Made by a program: the position numbers and the translations under genes. Below the pieces are notes generated by a model. It was not told the origin of the DNA. It was given only the letters and a program-made list of their open reading frames with translations, and did no database searches. Positions 19,779-28,267 of a stretch of 36,168 nt of DNA are shown here, one piece after another (positions within the stretch are counted from its first letter, which is position 1; every line of letters starts with the position of its first letter). Where the stretch lies: positions 1 to 36,168 of the forward strand of contig JBBSGQ010000001.1 in assembly GCA_038253965.1 (NCBI GenBank), in the 5' to 3' direction. The stretch is from Acidimicrobiales bacterium. GTDB lineage: Bacteria > Actinomycetota > Acidimicrobiia > Acidimicrobiales > Iamiaceae.

Positions 19779-20880
19779 CGCTGGCCAAAACGTCGGCTTC
19801 GGCGGCGAGCGGCGACAGGTCGTCGGCATGGTCGAGGAATCCGTGAGGGAGGGTCACCGGCTTCGGCCCGTGCTGATGGCCACGAGGTGAGCCAGCGCAC
19901 CCGGCCGGAAGCACCAGATCGGGATCGAGCGAGTCGAGGAGCGAGTCGAGCTCGACCGAGGAGGCGATGCGATGGAGGCGACGTCGGATCTCGGCTCCCA
20001 CGGCGTACCCGTGAAGGTACCAACCGGTGTGCTTGCGAAAATCTCGGATGCCGTGCCGCTCGCCTGACCACTCGACCAGCCGGGCCGCGTGCTGCCGCAT
20101 CGTGTCGGCCACGACGCCCAGCCGAGGCGCCGGCGGGATCGAGCGCCGGGCGAGCGCTGCCGCGAGATCGGCGAACAACCAGGGCCGGCCGAGACAGCCA
20201 CGGCCGATCACCACCCCGTCGCATCCGGTCTCGGCGATCATGGCCAGCGCATCGTGAGCCGTCCAGATGTCACCGTTTCCGAGGACCGGGATACCGCAGA
20301 CGTTGGCTTTGAGCTCGGCGATGTCGGCCCACGCGGCACGTCCGGAGTAGAGCTGGGCTGCGGTGCGGGCATGCAGGGCGATCGCCGCGCAACCCTCTTG
20401 CTCAGCGATGCGACCTGCGTCGAGGAAGGTGCGACGTCCCTCGTCGAGGCCGGTCCGGACCTTCATCGTCACCGGCACATCACCAGCCGACCGGACCGCC
20501 GCAGCCACCACCGCCCGTAACAGACGCGGTCGGGCCGGCAACGCGGCGCCGCCGCCATGGCGCGTGACCTTGCGTACCGGACACCCGAAGTTCAAGTCGA
20601 CGTGTTGCGCACCCTCCTCATCGACGAGGATGCGGACCGCCTCGCTCATCGTGGTCGGGTCCGTTCCATAGAGCTGGACGCTGCGCGGCGATTCGCCTGC
20701 GGCGAACCGGGCGAGCTTGCGCGAGCGGTCGTGACCTTCGACTAGGCCTCTAGCCGACACCATCTCGCTGACATACAGGCCCGCTCCGTGAGCGCGGCAG
20801 ACCGCTCGGAACGGGCCGTTGGTCACTCCTGCCATCGGAGCCAGCACCACCGGCGGAGACACGGTGATCGGTCCGATCAT
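19771..20880 (-). CDS. dus: tRNA-dihydrouridine synthase (DusB-like)
   Basis: VVLAPMAGVTN.PFR......GAGLYVSEM......VQLYG.DP......DLNFGCP..KV...GGGAALP...IALHARTA.Q.YSG.A.W: FMN-dependent Dus signature. ATG 20880 is preferred; ATG 20931 is possible. Confidence 0.85.
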   Translation of the reverse strand: MIGPITVSPPVVLAPMAGVTNGPFRAVCRAHGAGLYVSEMVSARGLVEGHDRSRKLARFAAGESPRSVQLYGTDPTTMSEAVRILVDEEGAQHVDLNFGCPVRKVTRHGGGAALPARPRLLRAVVAAAVRSAGDVPVTMKVRTGLDEGRRTFLDAGRIAEQEGCAAIALHARTAAQLYSGRAAWADIAELKANVCGIPVLGNGDIWTAHDALAMIAETGCDGVVIGRGCLGRPWLFADLAAALARRSIPPAPRLGVVADTMRQHAARLVEWSGERHGIRDFRKHTGWYLHGYAVGAEIRRRLHRIASSVELDSLLDSLDPDLVLPAGCAGSPRGHQHGPKPVTLPHGFLDHADDLSPLAAEADVLASGG

Positions 20881-21045
20881 CAGCGTGCGAGCTGCGCCAA
20901 CTGCAGGCACGACGAGTGGGGCGACAGGCATGGGGTGACAGCATGGCTCACGTTGCACTCGCCGACCCAGCAAGGTCGAACCGACTCGTGGATCGGTGGA
21001 ACCAGGCGACCCCCATGTCAGACTGGTCCGGTGGGGCAGCCGGCC

Positions 21046-22602
21046 ATGGTCACGAGCGCCCACGGGCCAGACGTCTCAGACGACTCGCCGAAGGAGGCCT
21101 GCGGCGTCTTCGGTGTCCATGCCCACGGTCAGCCGGTGGCCCATCTGACCTACCTCGGTCTATATGCGCTCCAGCACCGGGGCCAAGAGTCGGCCGGGAT
21201 GGCGGTGAGTGACGGCGAGCTCATCACCGTCGTGAAGGACATGGGGCTCGTGTCCAACGTGTTCGACGAGCGGGTGCTGGCTCCGCTCACCGGCCATCTG
21301 TCCATCGGCCAGACCCGCTACTCGACCACCGGCTCGAGCACGTGGCGCAACGCGCAGCCGGTGTTTCGGGGGACCGGCGACAGCGGCTTCGCCCTGGGTC
21401 ACAACGGCAACCTGACCAACACCGAGACCCTCGCGGTGGCCGCAGGGATGCTTCCTGGCACAGTCAGTAGCGACAGCGATCTGGTGGCCGAGCTGGTGGC
21501 CGCCGAGATCCAGCGCGTCGGTGACGCAGACGACCAACGGGCACTCGAACGCGCTGTCACGGCTGTCCTGCCCAAACTCGAGGGTGCGTTCTCGTTCGTG
21601 TTCATGGATGCCGAGCGCCTGATCGGAGTGCGCGATCCCAATGGCTTCCGACCGCTGTGCCTCGGCCGGCTGGAGGACGGCTGGGTGCTCGCATCGGAGA
21701 CGCCGGCGCTCGACGTGGTGGGAGCCCACTTCGTCCGAGAGATCGATCCGGGTGAGATGGTCGTGATCGATGGCGCCGAGGTCCGCTCCGTCGATCCCTT
21801 CCCGCCCGAGCGGTTGAACCCGACGTTGTGCCTGTTCGAGTTCGTGTACTTCGCCAGGCCCGACAGCCGCCTGTACGGCCGTGGCGTCCACTCTGCGAGG
21901 GTGCGCCAAGGCGAGCTTCTCGCGGGCCAAGCGCCAGTCGAGGCCGACATGGTGATGGGCGTGCCCGAGTCCGGTCTTCCGGCGGCCGAGGGCTACGCCA
22001 GGGCCAGCGGCATCCCCTACGGCCAGGGCTTGGTTAAGAACCGCTACATCGGCCGGACGTTCATAGCGCCAAGCCAGGAGATGCGGGCTCAGGCAGTCCG
22101 CATGAAGCTCAACCCGCTCAAGGAGAACATCGAGGGCAAGCGCTTGGTGGTCGTGGACGACTCGGTGGTGCGGGGCACGACTCAGAAGCAGCTCGTCAGG
22201 ATGTTGCGCGAAGCCGGTGCCGCCGAGGTGCACCTTCGGGTCACCTCGCCGCCGATCAAGTGGTCCTGCTTCTACGGGATCGACACGGGCACGCGAGCGG
22301 AGCTGCTGGCCGCCAACCTCACAGTCGACGAGATCCGCGACTACCTCAACGTGGACAGCCTGGCCTACATAACCCTCGACCGGTTGATCGCCTCCACCGG
22401 CGCAGTGGGCGCCGGCTTCTGCGATGCGTGCTTCACCGGCCGTTACCCGGTCGACGTGCCGGTCAACTTGCAGAAGGGGGTGCTCGAGATGCCGCCCGGC
22501 GGTCCTGCCGTGCCGGCTGGGGCCCGGGCTCGCAGTGATTCTCTGCCTGGCCTGTTCGAAGACGGGATGCTGCCCGCCGACGACGCACGCCGGAGAGGTT
22601 GA
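21046..22602 (+). CDS. purF: Amidophosphoribosyltransferase
   Basis: A propeptide precedes the catalytic Cys (..KEACGVFGV..). Also ALQHRGQESAGMA, the PRPP-binding loop VVVDDSVVRGTT, and C-terminal Cys residues of the Fe-S type. ATG 21046. Confidence 0.95.
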   Translation: MVTSAHGPDVSDDSPKEACGVFGVHAHGQPVAHLTYLGLYALQHRGQESAGMAVSDGELITVVKDMGLVSNVFDERVLAPLTGHLSIGQTRYSTTGSSTWRNAQPVFRGTGDSGFALGHNGNLTNTETLAVAAGMLPGTVSSDSDLVAELVAAEIQRVGDADDQRALERAVTAVLPKLEGAFSFVFMDAERLIGVRDPNGFRPLCLGRLEDGWVLASETPALDVVGAHFVREIDPGEMVVIDGAEVRSVDPFPPERLNPTLCLFEFVYFARPDSRLYGRGVHSARVRQGELLAGQAPVEADMVMGVPESGLPAAEGYARASGIPYGQGLVKNRYIGRTFIAPSQEMRAQAVRMKLNPLKENIEGKRLVVVDDSVVRGTTQKQLVRMLREAGAAEVHLRVTSPPIKWSCFYGIDTGTRAELLAANLTVDEIRDYLNVDSLAYITLDRLIASTGAVGAGFCDACFTGRYPVDVPVNLQKGVLEMPPGGPAVPAGARARSDSLPGLFEDGMLPADDARRRG

Positions 22603-23633
22603 TGGGCAACACCTACGAGGGTTCGGGCGTCAACATCGCAGCCGGCGAAGAAGCGGTCGCCCGCATCAAGGCCAAGGTCCGGTCGACCGCTCGTGCCGAG
22701 GTGATCGGCGACATCGGGGGATTTGGTGGTCTCTTCGCCTTCGCGGCCGACCGGTACCGAGAGCCAGTGCTGGTGTCTTCCACCGACGGCGTCGGTACCA
22801 AGGCGCTCGTGGCCCAAGCTGCTGGCCGGTTCGACACGATCGGCGTCGACCTCGTGGCCATGTGCGTGGACGACATCGTCTGCTCGGGCGCCGAGCCGCT
22901 GTTCTTTCTGGACTACATAGCGGTCGGCAAGCTCGATCCGAGTCACATCGAACAACTCGTCGAGGGTGTCGCCGAGGGGTGCCGGCAGGCGGGTTGCGCG
23001 CTCATCGGCGGTGAGATGGCGGAGCACCCGGGGGTCATGGATCCCGGCGAGTTCGATCTCGTGGGCTTCGCAGTCGGCGTGGTCGAGCGCGATCAGCTCA
23101 TCACCGGGGGCAGCGTGCGGCCGGGTGACGCGCTCATCGGTCTCGCATCGCCAGGTTTGCGCAGCAACGGATATTCGCTGGCCCGTCGTGTGTTGCTCGA
23201 TGTCGCCGGCCGGGAGCTCAGCGCACCGGCCTACGAGGGCGCTCAGCACACGTTGGCCGACGAATTGCTCGAACCGTCGCTGATCTATGCCCCGGCGGTG
23301 CTCGCCCTGCAACGGGTGGTGGAGCTCCGCGCAGTCGCCCACATCACCGGCGGGGGGCTGGCCGGCAACCTCGTTCGGGTGTTGCCGAACGACGTCGCGG
23401 CGATCGTCGATTCACGGTCGTGGGAGGCGCCGCGGGTGTTCGCCGAGATCCAACGCCTCGGTGAGATCCCCGACGAGGAGATGCGCAGGGTCTTCAACCT
23501 CGGTATCGGGATGGTGGTGATAGTCCCTTCGGCTGCCCAGTCCCGCGCGCTCGAGCTCCTGCGCACCAGCGGCTACCGGGCTGCCGTGATCGGCAGAGTC
23601 GAGCGCGGCGAGGCAGCCGTGCACTTCGCCTAG
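22602..23633 (+). CDS. purM: Phosphoribosylformylglycinamidine cyclo-ligase (AIR synthetase)
   Basis: YEGSGVNI.AGE........IGGFGGLF.......PVLVSSTDGVGTK...DLVAMCVDD...GAEPLFFLDY...GGEMAE.PG. ATG 22602 overlaps the purF stop (TGATG); SD GGAGAGG. Confidence 0.95.
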   Translation: MGNTYEGSGVNIAAGEEAVARIKAKVRSTARAEVIGDIGGFGGLFAFAADRYREPVLVSSTDGVGTKALVAQAAGRFDTIGVDLVAMCVDDIVCSGAEPLFFLDYIAVGKLDPSHIEQLVEGVAEGCRQAGCALIGGEMAEHPGVMDPGEFDLVGFAVGVVERDQLITGGSVRPGDALIGLASPGLRSNGYSLARRVLLDVAGRELSAPAYEGAQHTLADELLEPSLIYAPAVLALQRVVELRAVAHITGGGLAGNLVRVLPNDVAAIVDSRSWEAPRVFAEIQRLGEIPDEEMRRVFNLGIGMVVIVPSAAQSRALELLRTSGYRAAVIGRVERGEAAVHFA

Positions 23634-23657
23634 AGCGACCTCGTTGCGAACCGCAGG

Positions 23658-23951
23658 TCAGTCGTTCCAGCCACAGCACACCAGGCGCGGTGTCCGCAGG
23701 CTGGGCAGCGCATCCAATGGGAGTGCGACCACCACGTCGGTGGCTTTGGCCCGCCCGAGCATGACGTCGTGGATCGACAGGTCCAGTCGGTCGGGATCGA
23801 CCCCCGGCGGCCCACGTGAGTGAAGCCTGCGGATCGAGGTCCACCACGAGGACCTGCTTGTCCTGCTCGACCAGCGCCGCGCCGAGCGCATGCACAGAAG
23901 TCGTCTTCGCCACCCCACCCTTTGGTTGGCGACAGCGGTCACGGTGCCCAT
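23658..23951 (-). pseudogene. ParA/MinD-family ATPase remnant (two compensating frameshifts, C-terminal ~60% missing)
   Basis: Frame B reads MGTVTAVANQ. Frame A continues KGGVAKTTSVHALGAALVEQDKQVLVVDLDPQASLTWAAG (deviant Walker A). Frame B resumes VDPDRLDLSIHDVMLGRAKATDVVV..LD.LPS, then stops after ~98 codons, against ~250 in intact ParA. The shifts sit in the runs caAAGGGt and ccGGGGGt. Confidence 0.6.
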
Positions 23952-24220
23952 CGACTGAGTGTGACGCGACAGACGCTCGCTGTGTGAATGATCTCTGGGC
24001 TTTCCTCTCGGCGGCCCTCGCTTCACCCGAGAGGAGCAGTTGGCGGCCCACTGGGATGCGAGCGTGACCGTGCGCGTCGCTTTCGGCACAGACGATGACG
24101 GGAGCGCACGTTCGGGGCGAATGCGACGTATGCCTCGACCGGAGCATTGTTAGGTCCTACTGTGTTGCCCGACCACTCTCCGTCGAGTCACGACGCCGCA
24201 CAGAGAAGGACTTGCCTACC

Positions 24221-24439
24221 ATGGAGCGAGACGAGGCCCTTACCGCACCGGAGAACCTGCTCACGCCCTCAGAAGTGGCAGCGTTGTTCCGAGTGAACCC
24301 GAAGACGGTGACCCGGTGGGCGCGAGCCGGCAAGCTGAACGCCATCCGGACCCTCGGCGGACATCGACGCTTCCGGGCGTCAGAGATCCGTCGTTGCCTT
24401 GAAGACATGTCGTCGGAGTCGGAGGAGCGAGCGCTCTGA
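24221..24439 (+). CDS. bldC: BldC-like MerR/excisionase-family (HTH_17) small DNA-binding regulator
   Basis: 72 aa. LLTPSEVAALFRVNPKTVTRWARAGKLNAIRTLGGHRRFRASEIR is near-identical in pattern to Streptomyces BldC. ATG 24221 with AGAAGGA upstream. Confidence 0.85.
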   Translation: MERDEALTAPENLLTPSEVAALFRVNPKTVTRWARAGKLNAIRTLGGHRRFRASEIRRCLEDMSSESEERAL

Positions 24440-24529
24440 GGTACCCGGCCGGCCGACGGGTGCGGTGACTTGTCGCCTCGGCCTGTCAGGTTGGGGCCAC
24501 CCACCGGTCGGCGGCTACCGTCGTCGCGG

Positions 24530-25960
24530 ATGCCCACCCCGACGGCCGCCTACTCCGTGACCGTGCGGGTCCGGCTCGACAACAGCCCGGGTTCGCTTGG
24601 TCGGCTCGCCGCCGCCATCGGTGACGCCGGCGGCAACATCGTGGCGCTGAACGGTTTCGAGGCCAAGGACGAGTACCTCGACGAAGACGTGATAGTCAAC
24701 TGCTCCTCGGTGGTCCACATCGAGGAGATCCGCGAGGCGATCGACGGGTTGCACGGCGTACACGTGCTGTCGCTGAGCGACCGTACGTTCGCCATGCACG
24801 ACGGCGGCAAGATCGAAGTGCTGGCCAGGATGCCGGTGCGGGATAGGGACGATCTCTCCATGGCGTACACGCCGGGCGTCGCGCGCGTCTGTACCGCGAT
24901 CGCCGATCACCCGGCACGGGTCCACGAGCTCACCATCAAGAAGAACACGGTGGCCATCGTGACCGACGGAACAGCTGTGCTCGGCCTCGGTGACATCGGT
25001 CCCGCCGCCGCGCTCCCAGTCATGGAGGGCAAGGCGTTGCTGTTCAAGAACTTCGCTGCGGTCGACGCGTTCCCGATCTGTGTCGACGTCGGGGGACGCG
25101 ACACTCCGGTCGCCGAACGGGTACAGGCCATCGTGGAGACTGTGCAGCGGATCGCACCGGTGTTCGGTGGCATCAACCTTGAAGACATCGCGGCGCCGCA
25201 ATGCTTCGAGGTGGAGGAACGGCTGCGATCGAGCCTCGACATCCCGGTCTTCCACGACGATCAGCACGGCACGGCGGTCGTTGCGCTTGCCGCGCTCGAG
25301 AACGCATTGAGGATCGTCGACAAGAAGATGGTCGACCTTCGTGTGGTGATCGCCGGCGCCGGCGCAGCCGGTGTGGCCATCGCGCAGATCCTGGCCAACG
25401 CAGGCGTCAGGAACATCGTCGGCGCCGACCGCCAAGGCGCCATCCACCTTGAACGCACCAACCTCAACGAAGCGAAGCGCCGTTTCGCTGAGCTCACGAA
25501 CCCGGAGCAGCTCAAGGGCTCGCTGTCCGACGTGCTCCCCGGAGCAGACGTGTTCATCGGGGTGAGCGGCCCGGGCCTCCTCGTCGCCGACGATCTGCGC
25601 AAGATGGCTTCTCAGCCGATCGTTTTCGCCATGGCCAACCCGGAGCCGGAGATCCGGCCCGAGGAGGCGAAAGGACTCGTTGCGGTGATGGCCACGGGCC
25701 GGAGTGACTTCCCGAACCAGATCAACAACGTGCTGGCGTTTCCGGGCATCTTCCGCGGCGCGCTCGATGCGGGCGCCACCACCATCACCGAGCACATGAA
25801 GGTGGCCGCTGCCGAAGCCATCGCGGCCACGGTCGCACCAGATGACCTGCACGCCGACAACATCGTCCCTTCAGTGTTCGACGTGTCGGTGGCTGCCCAC
25901 GTGGCCGCCGCGGTGGCCGAGAGCGCTGTCGTTGACGGCGTCTGCCGTCCCCAAGCCTGA
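24530..25960 (+). CDS. NAD(P)-dependent malic enzyme with N-terminal ACT domain
   Basis: ACT-like N-terminus ([27 protein letters not shown]). Then [54 protein letters not shown] and GAGAAG (Rossmann), typical of the short malic-enzyme family. The ORF opens at 24470. Confidence 0.9.
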   Translation: MPTPTAAYSVTVRVRLDNSPGSLGRLAAAIGDAGGNIVALNGFEAKDEYLDEDVIVNCSSVVHIEEIREAIDGLHGVHVLSLSDRTFAMHDGGKIEVLARMPVRDRDDLSMAYTPGVARVCTAIADHPARVHELTIKKNTVAIVTDGTAVLGLGDIGPAAALPVMEGKALLFKNFAAVDAFPICVDVGGRDTPVAERVQAIVETVQRIAPVFGGINLEDIAAPQCFEVEERLRSSLDIPVFHDDQHGTAVVALAALENALRIVDKKMVDLRVVIAGAGAAGVAIAQILANAGVRNIVGADRQGAIHLERTNLNEAKRRFAELTNPEQLKGSLSDVLPGADVFIGVSGPGLLVADDLRKMASQPIVFAMANPEPEIRPEEAKGLVAVMATGRSDFPNQINNVLAFPGIFRGALDAGATTITEHMKVAAAEAIAATVAPDDLHADNIVPSVFDVSVAAHVAAAVAESAVVDGVCRPQA

Positions 25961-25970
25961 GGCGTTCGCA

Positions 25971-26714
25971 GTGCCAGCTCCGCCAGCGGCGGTGACGTTC
26001 GACTTCTGGAACACGCTCATCCGTGAGGACAGTCGGGCTCGCGATCGGCGCGTGGATGCCTGGCTCGGGTTGCTCGAGGGCGAAGGTGTCGCGCTCGAAC
26101 GCGAACGGGTGGGCGAGGCGTTCTCGGCCACGTGGAAGACCTTTCAGGAGCACTGGATGGCCAACCGCGTCTACGGCGCACCAGATGCGGTGACCGATGT
26201 GCTCAGCCAACTCGGGCTTGTTCCGGGCCCTGAGCTGCACGATGCGCTGGTCGAGGTGCTCACCGACCCATCGCCTGAGCACGATCCTCTGCCGACCGAC
26301 AGCATCGAGAGTTGCCTGGCGCAGCTGAAAGAGGCAGGCGTGGGCATCGGGATCATCTGCGATGTCGGTCTCACTCCGTCGCGAACGCTTCGCCGCTACC
26401 TGGACGGCTACGGGCTGCTCCGATTCTTCGACCACTGGTCGTTCTCGGACGAGGTCGGCACGTTCAAACCTGATCCGGCGATCTTTCGTCACGCCCATGC
26501 AGGGTTGGGTGTCGACGATCCCGCCAGAGCAGCCCACGTTGGAGACCTTCGCCGGACCGACATCGCAGGCGCACAGGCGCTCGGTGTCATCGCAGTTCGG
26601 TACTCGGGCGTGTTCGACGATCCAGGCTCAGCCGCCGACGGCACTGACAAGATCGAGGCCGATCACGTGCTCGCTGACCACGCCGATCTCCCCGCCGCGC
26701 TCGGACTGAGCTGA
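25971..26714 (+). CDS. HAD-superfamily hydrolase
   Basis: Motif I VTFDFWNTLI (DxW variant of DxD), motif III/IV ...FKPD..IF.....LGV....AAHVGD....DI.GA.A.G. GTG 25971 lies 10 nt after the malic enzyme stop. The ORF's earlier part overlaps the malic enzyme. Confidence 0.8.
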   Translation: MPAPPAAVTFDFWNTLIREDSRARDRRVDAWLGLLEGEGVALERERVGEAFSATWKTFQEHWMANRVYGAPDAVTDVLSQLGLVPGPELHDALVEVLTDPSPEHDPLPTDSIESCLAQLKEAGVGIGIICDVGLTPSRTLRRYLDGYGLLRFFDHWSFSDEVGTFKPDPAIFRHAHAGLGVDDPARAAHVGDLRRTDIAGAQALGVIAVRYSGVFDDPGSAADGTDKIEADHVLADHADLPAALGLS

Positions 26715-26771
26715 CCTGTCCCTGCGAGGACTGGATCGTTTCGACTGAGGCGCACCGTCAACGTTCTCGGC

Positions 26772-27578
26772 TCAGGCCGCGCGGATCACCCACAGGGATT
26801 CAGGCGTCGCAGTGAATTCTTGGGACCTACCAGTCGGAGCACCCCGGGGAGGGCCGAACGAGTAGGTGGTGGTCCGGGCAACGATGCCGACGCTCGATCT
26901 CTCGCCCCGCGTGGCGAGCACCCAGTGCTGGGAGCCGTCGGTGACCGTCAATGATCCGACCGGCGATGTCAGCTTGAGAGTGCGGGACGTCGAGTTGTCG
27001 AGGCCCGTGATCTTGATGGTGACTCGATAGCGGAGGTCGACAGCCACGCTGACGTGGCCGTGGCCGCTGGCATCGAGAACGCGATCGGGAGCTGTCGATC
27101 CATCGGACCATGAACGAAGGTTGATCTGCTGCAGCGGGGGAGTGACCGAGTAGCCGACGTAGGAGACCTTCACGTTCCCACGAGCGTCAGGCACGTCTAC
27201 CATGCCGTCCGAGCTGGTGGTGTACAGGGTCTGGCCGACCCTGAACTGGATGTCGCGCAGGGCCGGCACGACATGGATCAAGACGCCTGGAGCCGTAGGG
27301 GGAATGGGCGTCGTAGGCGGTCCGGTGGTCCGGGAGACCGTGCCGAGAGATGTCGTCGGTGGGGCCGCCAACGGGCGGGGCACCGAGGACGGGTTGCTCG
27401 GCGCAGCCCGGCGCGCTGCCACACGACGGTCGGAGCGATTCGACAGCGCGCGCCATGCCACCGGTATGCAGAGCGCTACCAGAAGCACGCCGGCGGTGAT
27501 GGCGAACACCGGTTCGCGCCGCCGAGAGGAAGCGCGGTGCGCATAGCGTCGACGACCGTGTCGTGTGGGGCTCGTCAT
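26772..27578 (-). CDS. Hypothetical single-pass membrane protein with Pro/Thr-rich linker and beta-rich ectodomain (third gene of the sortase operon)
   Basis: Arg-rich N-terminal tail, then TM VFAITAGVLLVALCIPVAW, then a P/T/S-rich linker, then ~170 aa with an alternating beta-strand-like pattern. I recognise no domain. ATG 27578 overlaps the sortase stop (ATGA). Confidence 0.65.
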   Translation of the reverse strand: MTSPTRHGRRRYAHRASSRRREPVFAITAGVLLVALCIPVAWRALSNRSDRRVAARRAAPSNPSSVPRPLAAPPTTSLGTVSRTTGPPTTPIPPTAPGVLIHVVPALRDIQFRVGQTLYTTSSDGMVDVPDARGNVKVSYVGYSVTPPLQQINLRSWSDGSTAPDRVLDASGHGHVSVAVDLRYRVTIKITGLDNSTSRTLKLTSPVGSLTVTDGSQHWVLATRGERSSVGIVARTTTYSFGPPRGAPTGRSQEFTATPESLWVIRAA

Positions 27579-28267
27579 GTCCGTGGGCGTCTGATCGTGG
27601 TGAGGAAGACTATGACGTTGTCGCGGTAGTGTCCCTTGGTCCGGTCGAACGTCCCGCCGCATGTGATGAGCCGAAGTTGTCGCCCGAACGCCGGGCCGTA
27701 GACCTCCGCCGTCGGGAACGCGTCCTTCGACACTTGTCTGACGCGGTCGACGGTGAAGGCAACTCGATGGCCAGGGGCCGTGGCAACGGTCACCGTTGCG
27801 CCTGGCTGCACGTCGTGCAGGCGGTAGAAGACGGCCGGCCCTGTACGGGAGTCGATGTGACCGAGGATCACTGCGGGGCCGAGGTCGCCGGGCCGGGAGC
27901 CGCCGGTGAACCAGCCGGCGCGCTGGGGGTCGTCGGGAACCTGCGCGGTGCCGTCAGGGGCAAGGCCGAGAGGCTGCAGGGCGCTTCGTACGCCGATCGA
28001 CGGGATCTCCACGACCGTAGGCTCCCCGACGGAGGCCGCTTGGTTGACGTTGCGGCCCGATGCCTCCGGCACCCCCCTGCCGGCACTCGGCGAACCACCC
28101 GACGCACTGGTCGTCGTGGGCTTTCGGGTAGTCGACGGCGCGACGCTCGTCACGGTGGGAGAGGACGATGCTCTCGGCCGTAACGGACTGCCGCACGCGC
28201 CCGGCAACAACGAGGCGGCTCCGATCATGATTGCGGCGGTCCGCCGTGCCAAGGCGGGGGCCCTCAC
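27575..28267 (-). CDS. Class F sortase (cysteine transpeptidase)
   Basis: ...VEIPSIGVRSALQPLGL..DGT..VPDDP..AGWF.GG.RPGDLGPAVILGHID...GPAVFYRL......LRLITCGGTFD...GHYRDNVIVF: His, Cys (TCGG) and Arg catalytic positions with class F-type context. N-terminal membrane/lipobox-like segment. GTG 28267 overlaps the upstream stop (GTGA). Confidence 0.85.
   Translation of the reverse strand: MRAPALARRTAAIMIGAASLLPGACGSPLRPRASSSPTVTSVAPSTTRKPTTTSASGGSPSAGRGVPEASGRNVNQAASVGEPTVVEIPSIGVRSALQPLGLAPDGTAQVPDDPQRAGWFTGGSRPGDLGPAVILGHIDSRTGPAVFYRLHDVQPGATVTVATAPGHRVAFTVDRVRQVSKDAFPTAEVYGPAFGRQLRLITCGGTFDRTKGHYRDNVIVFLTTIRRPRT

Noticed and set aside
23494-24147. 217-aa minus-strand ORF overlapping the purM 3' end, and the 143-aa ORF 23658..24089, as novel proteins
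   Set aside because: Their only meaningful segments are alternating pieces of one ParA-like sequence. They are interpreted as a frameshifted relic, not two new genes.
24515-25852. 445-aa minus-strand ORF, and similar ones at 21160..22233, 9089..10351, 7968..8783 and 17141..17980
   Set aside because: Each is antisense to a confidently identified gene (malic enzyme, purF, purA, the propeller protein, purL). None contains a recognisable motif.
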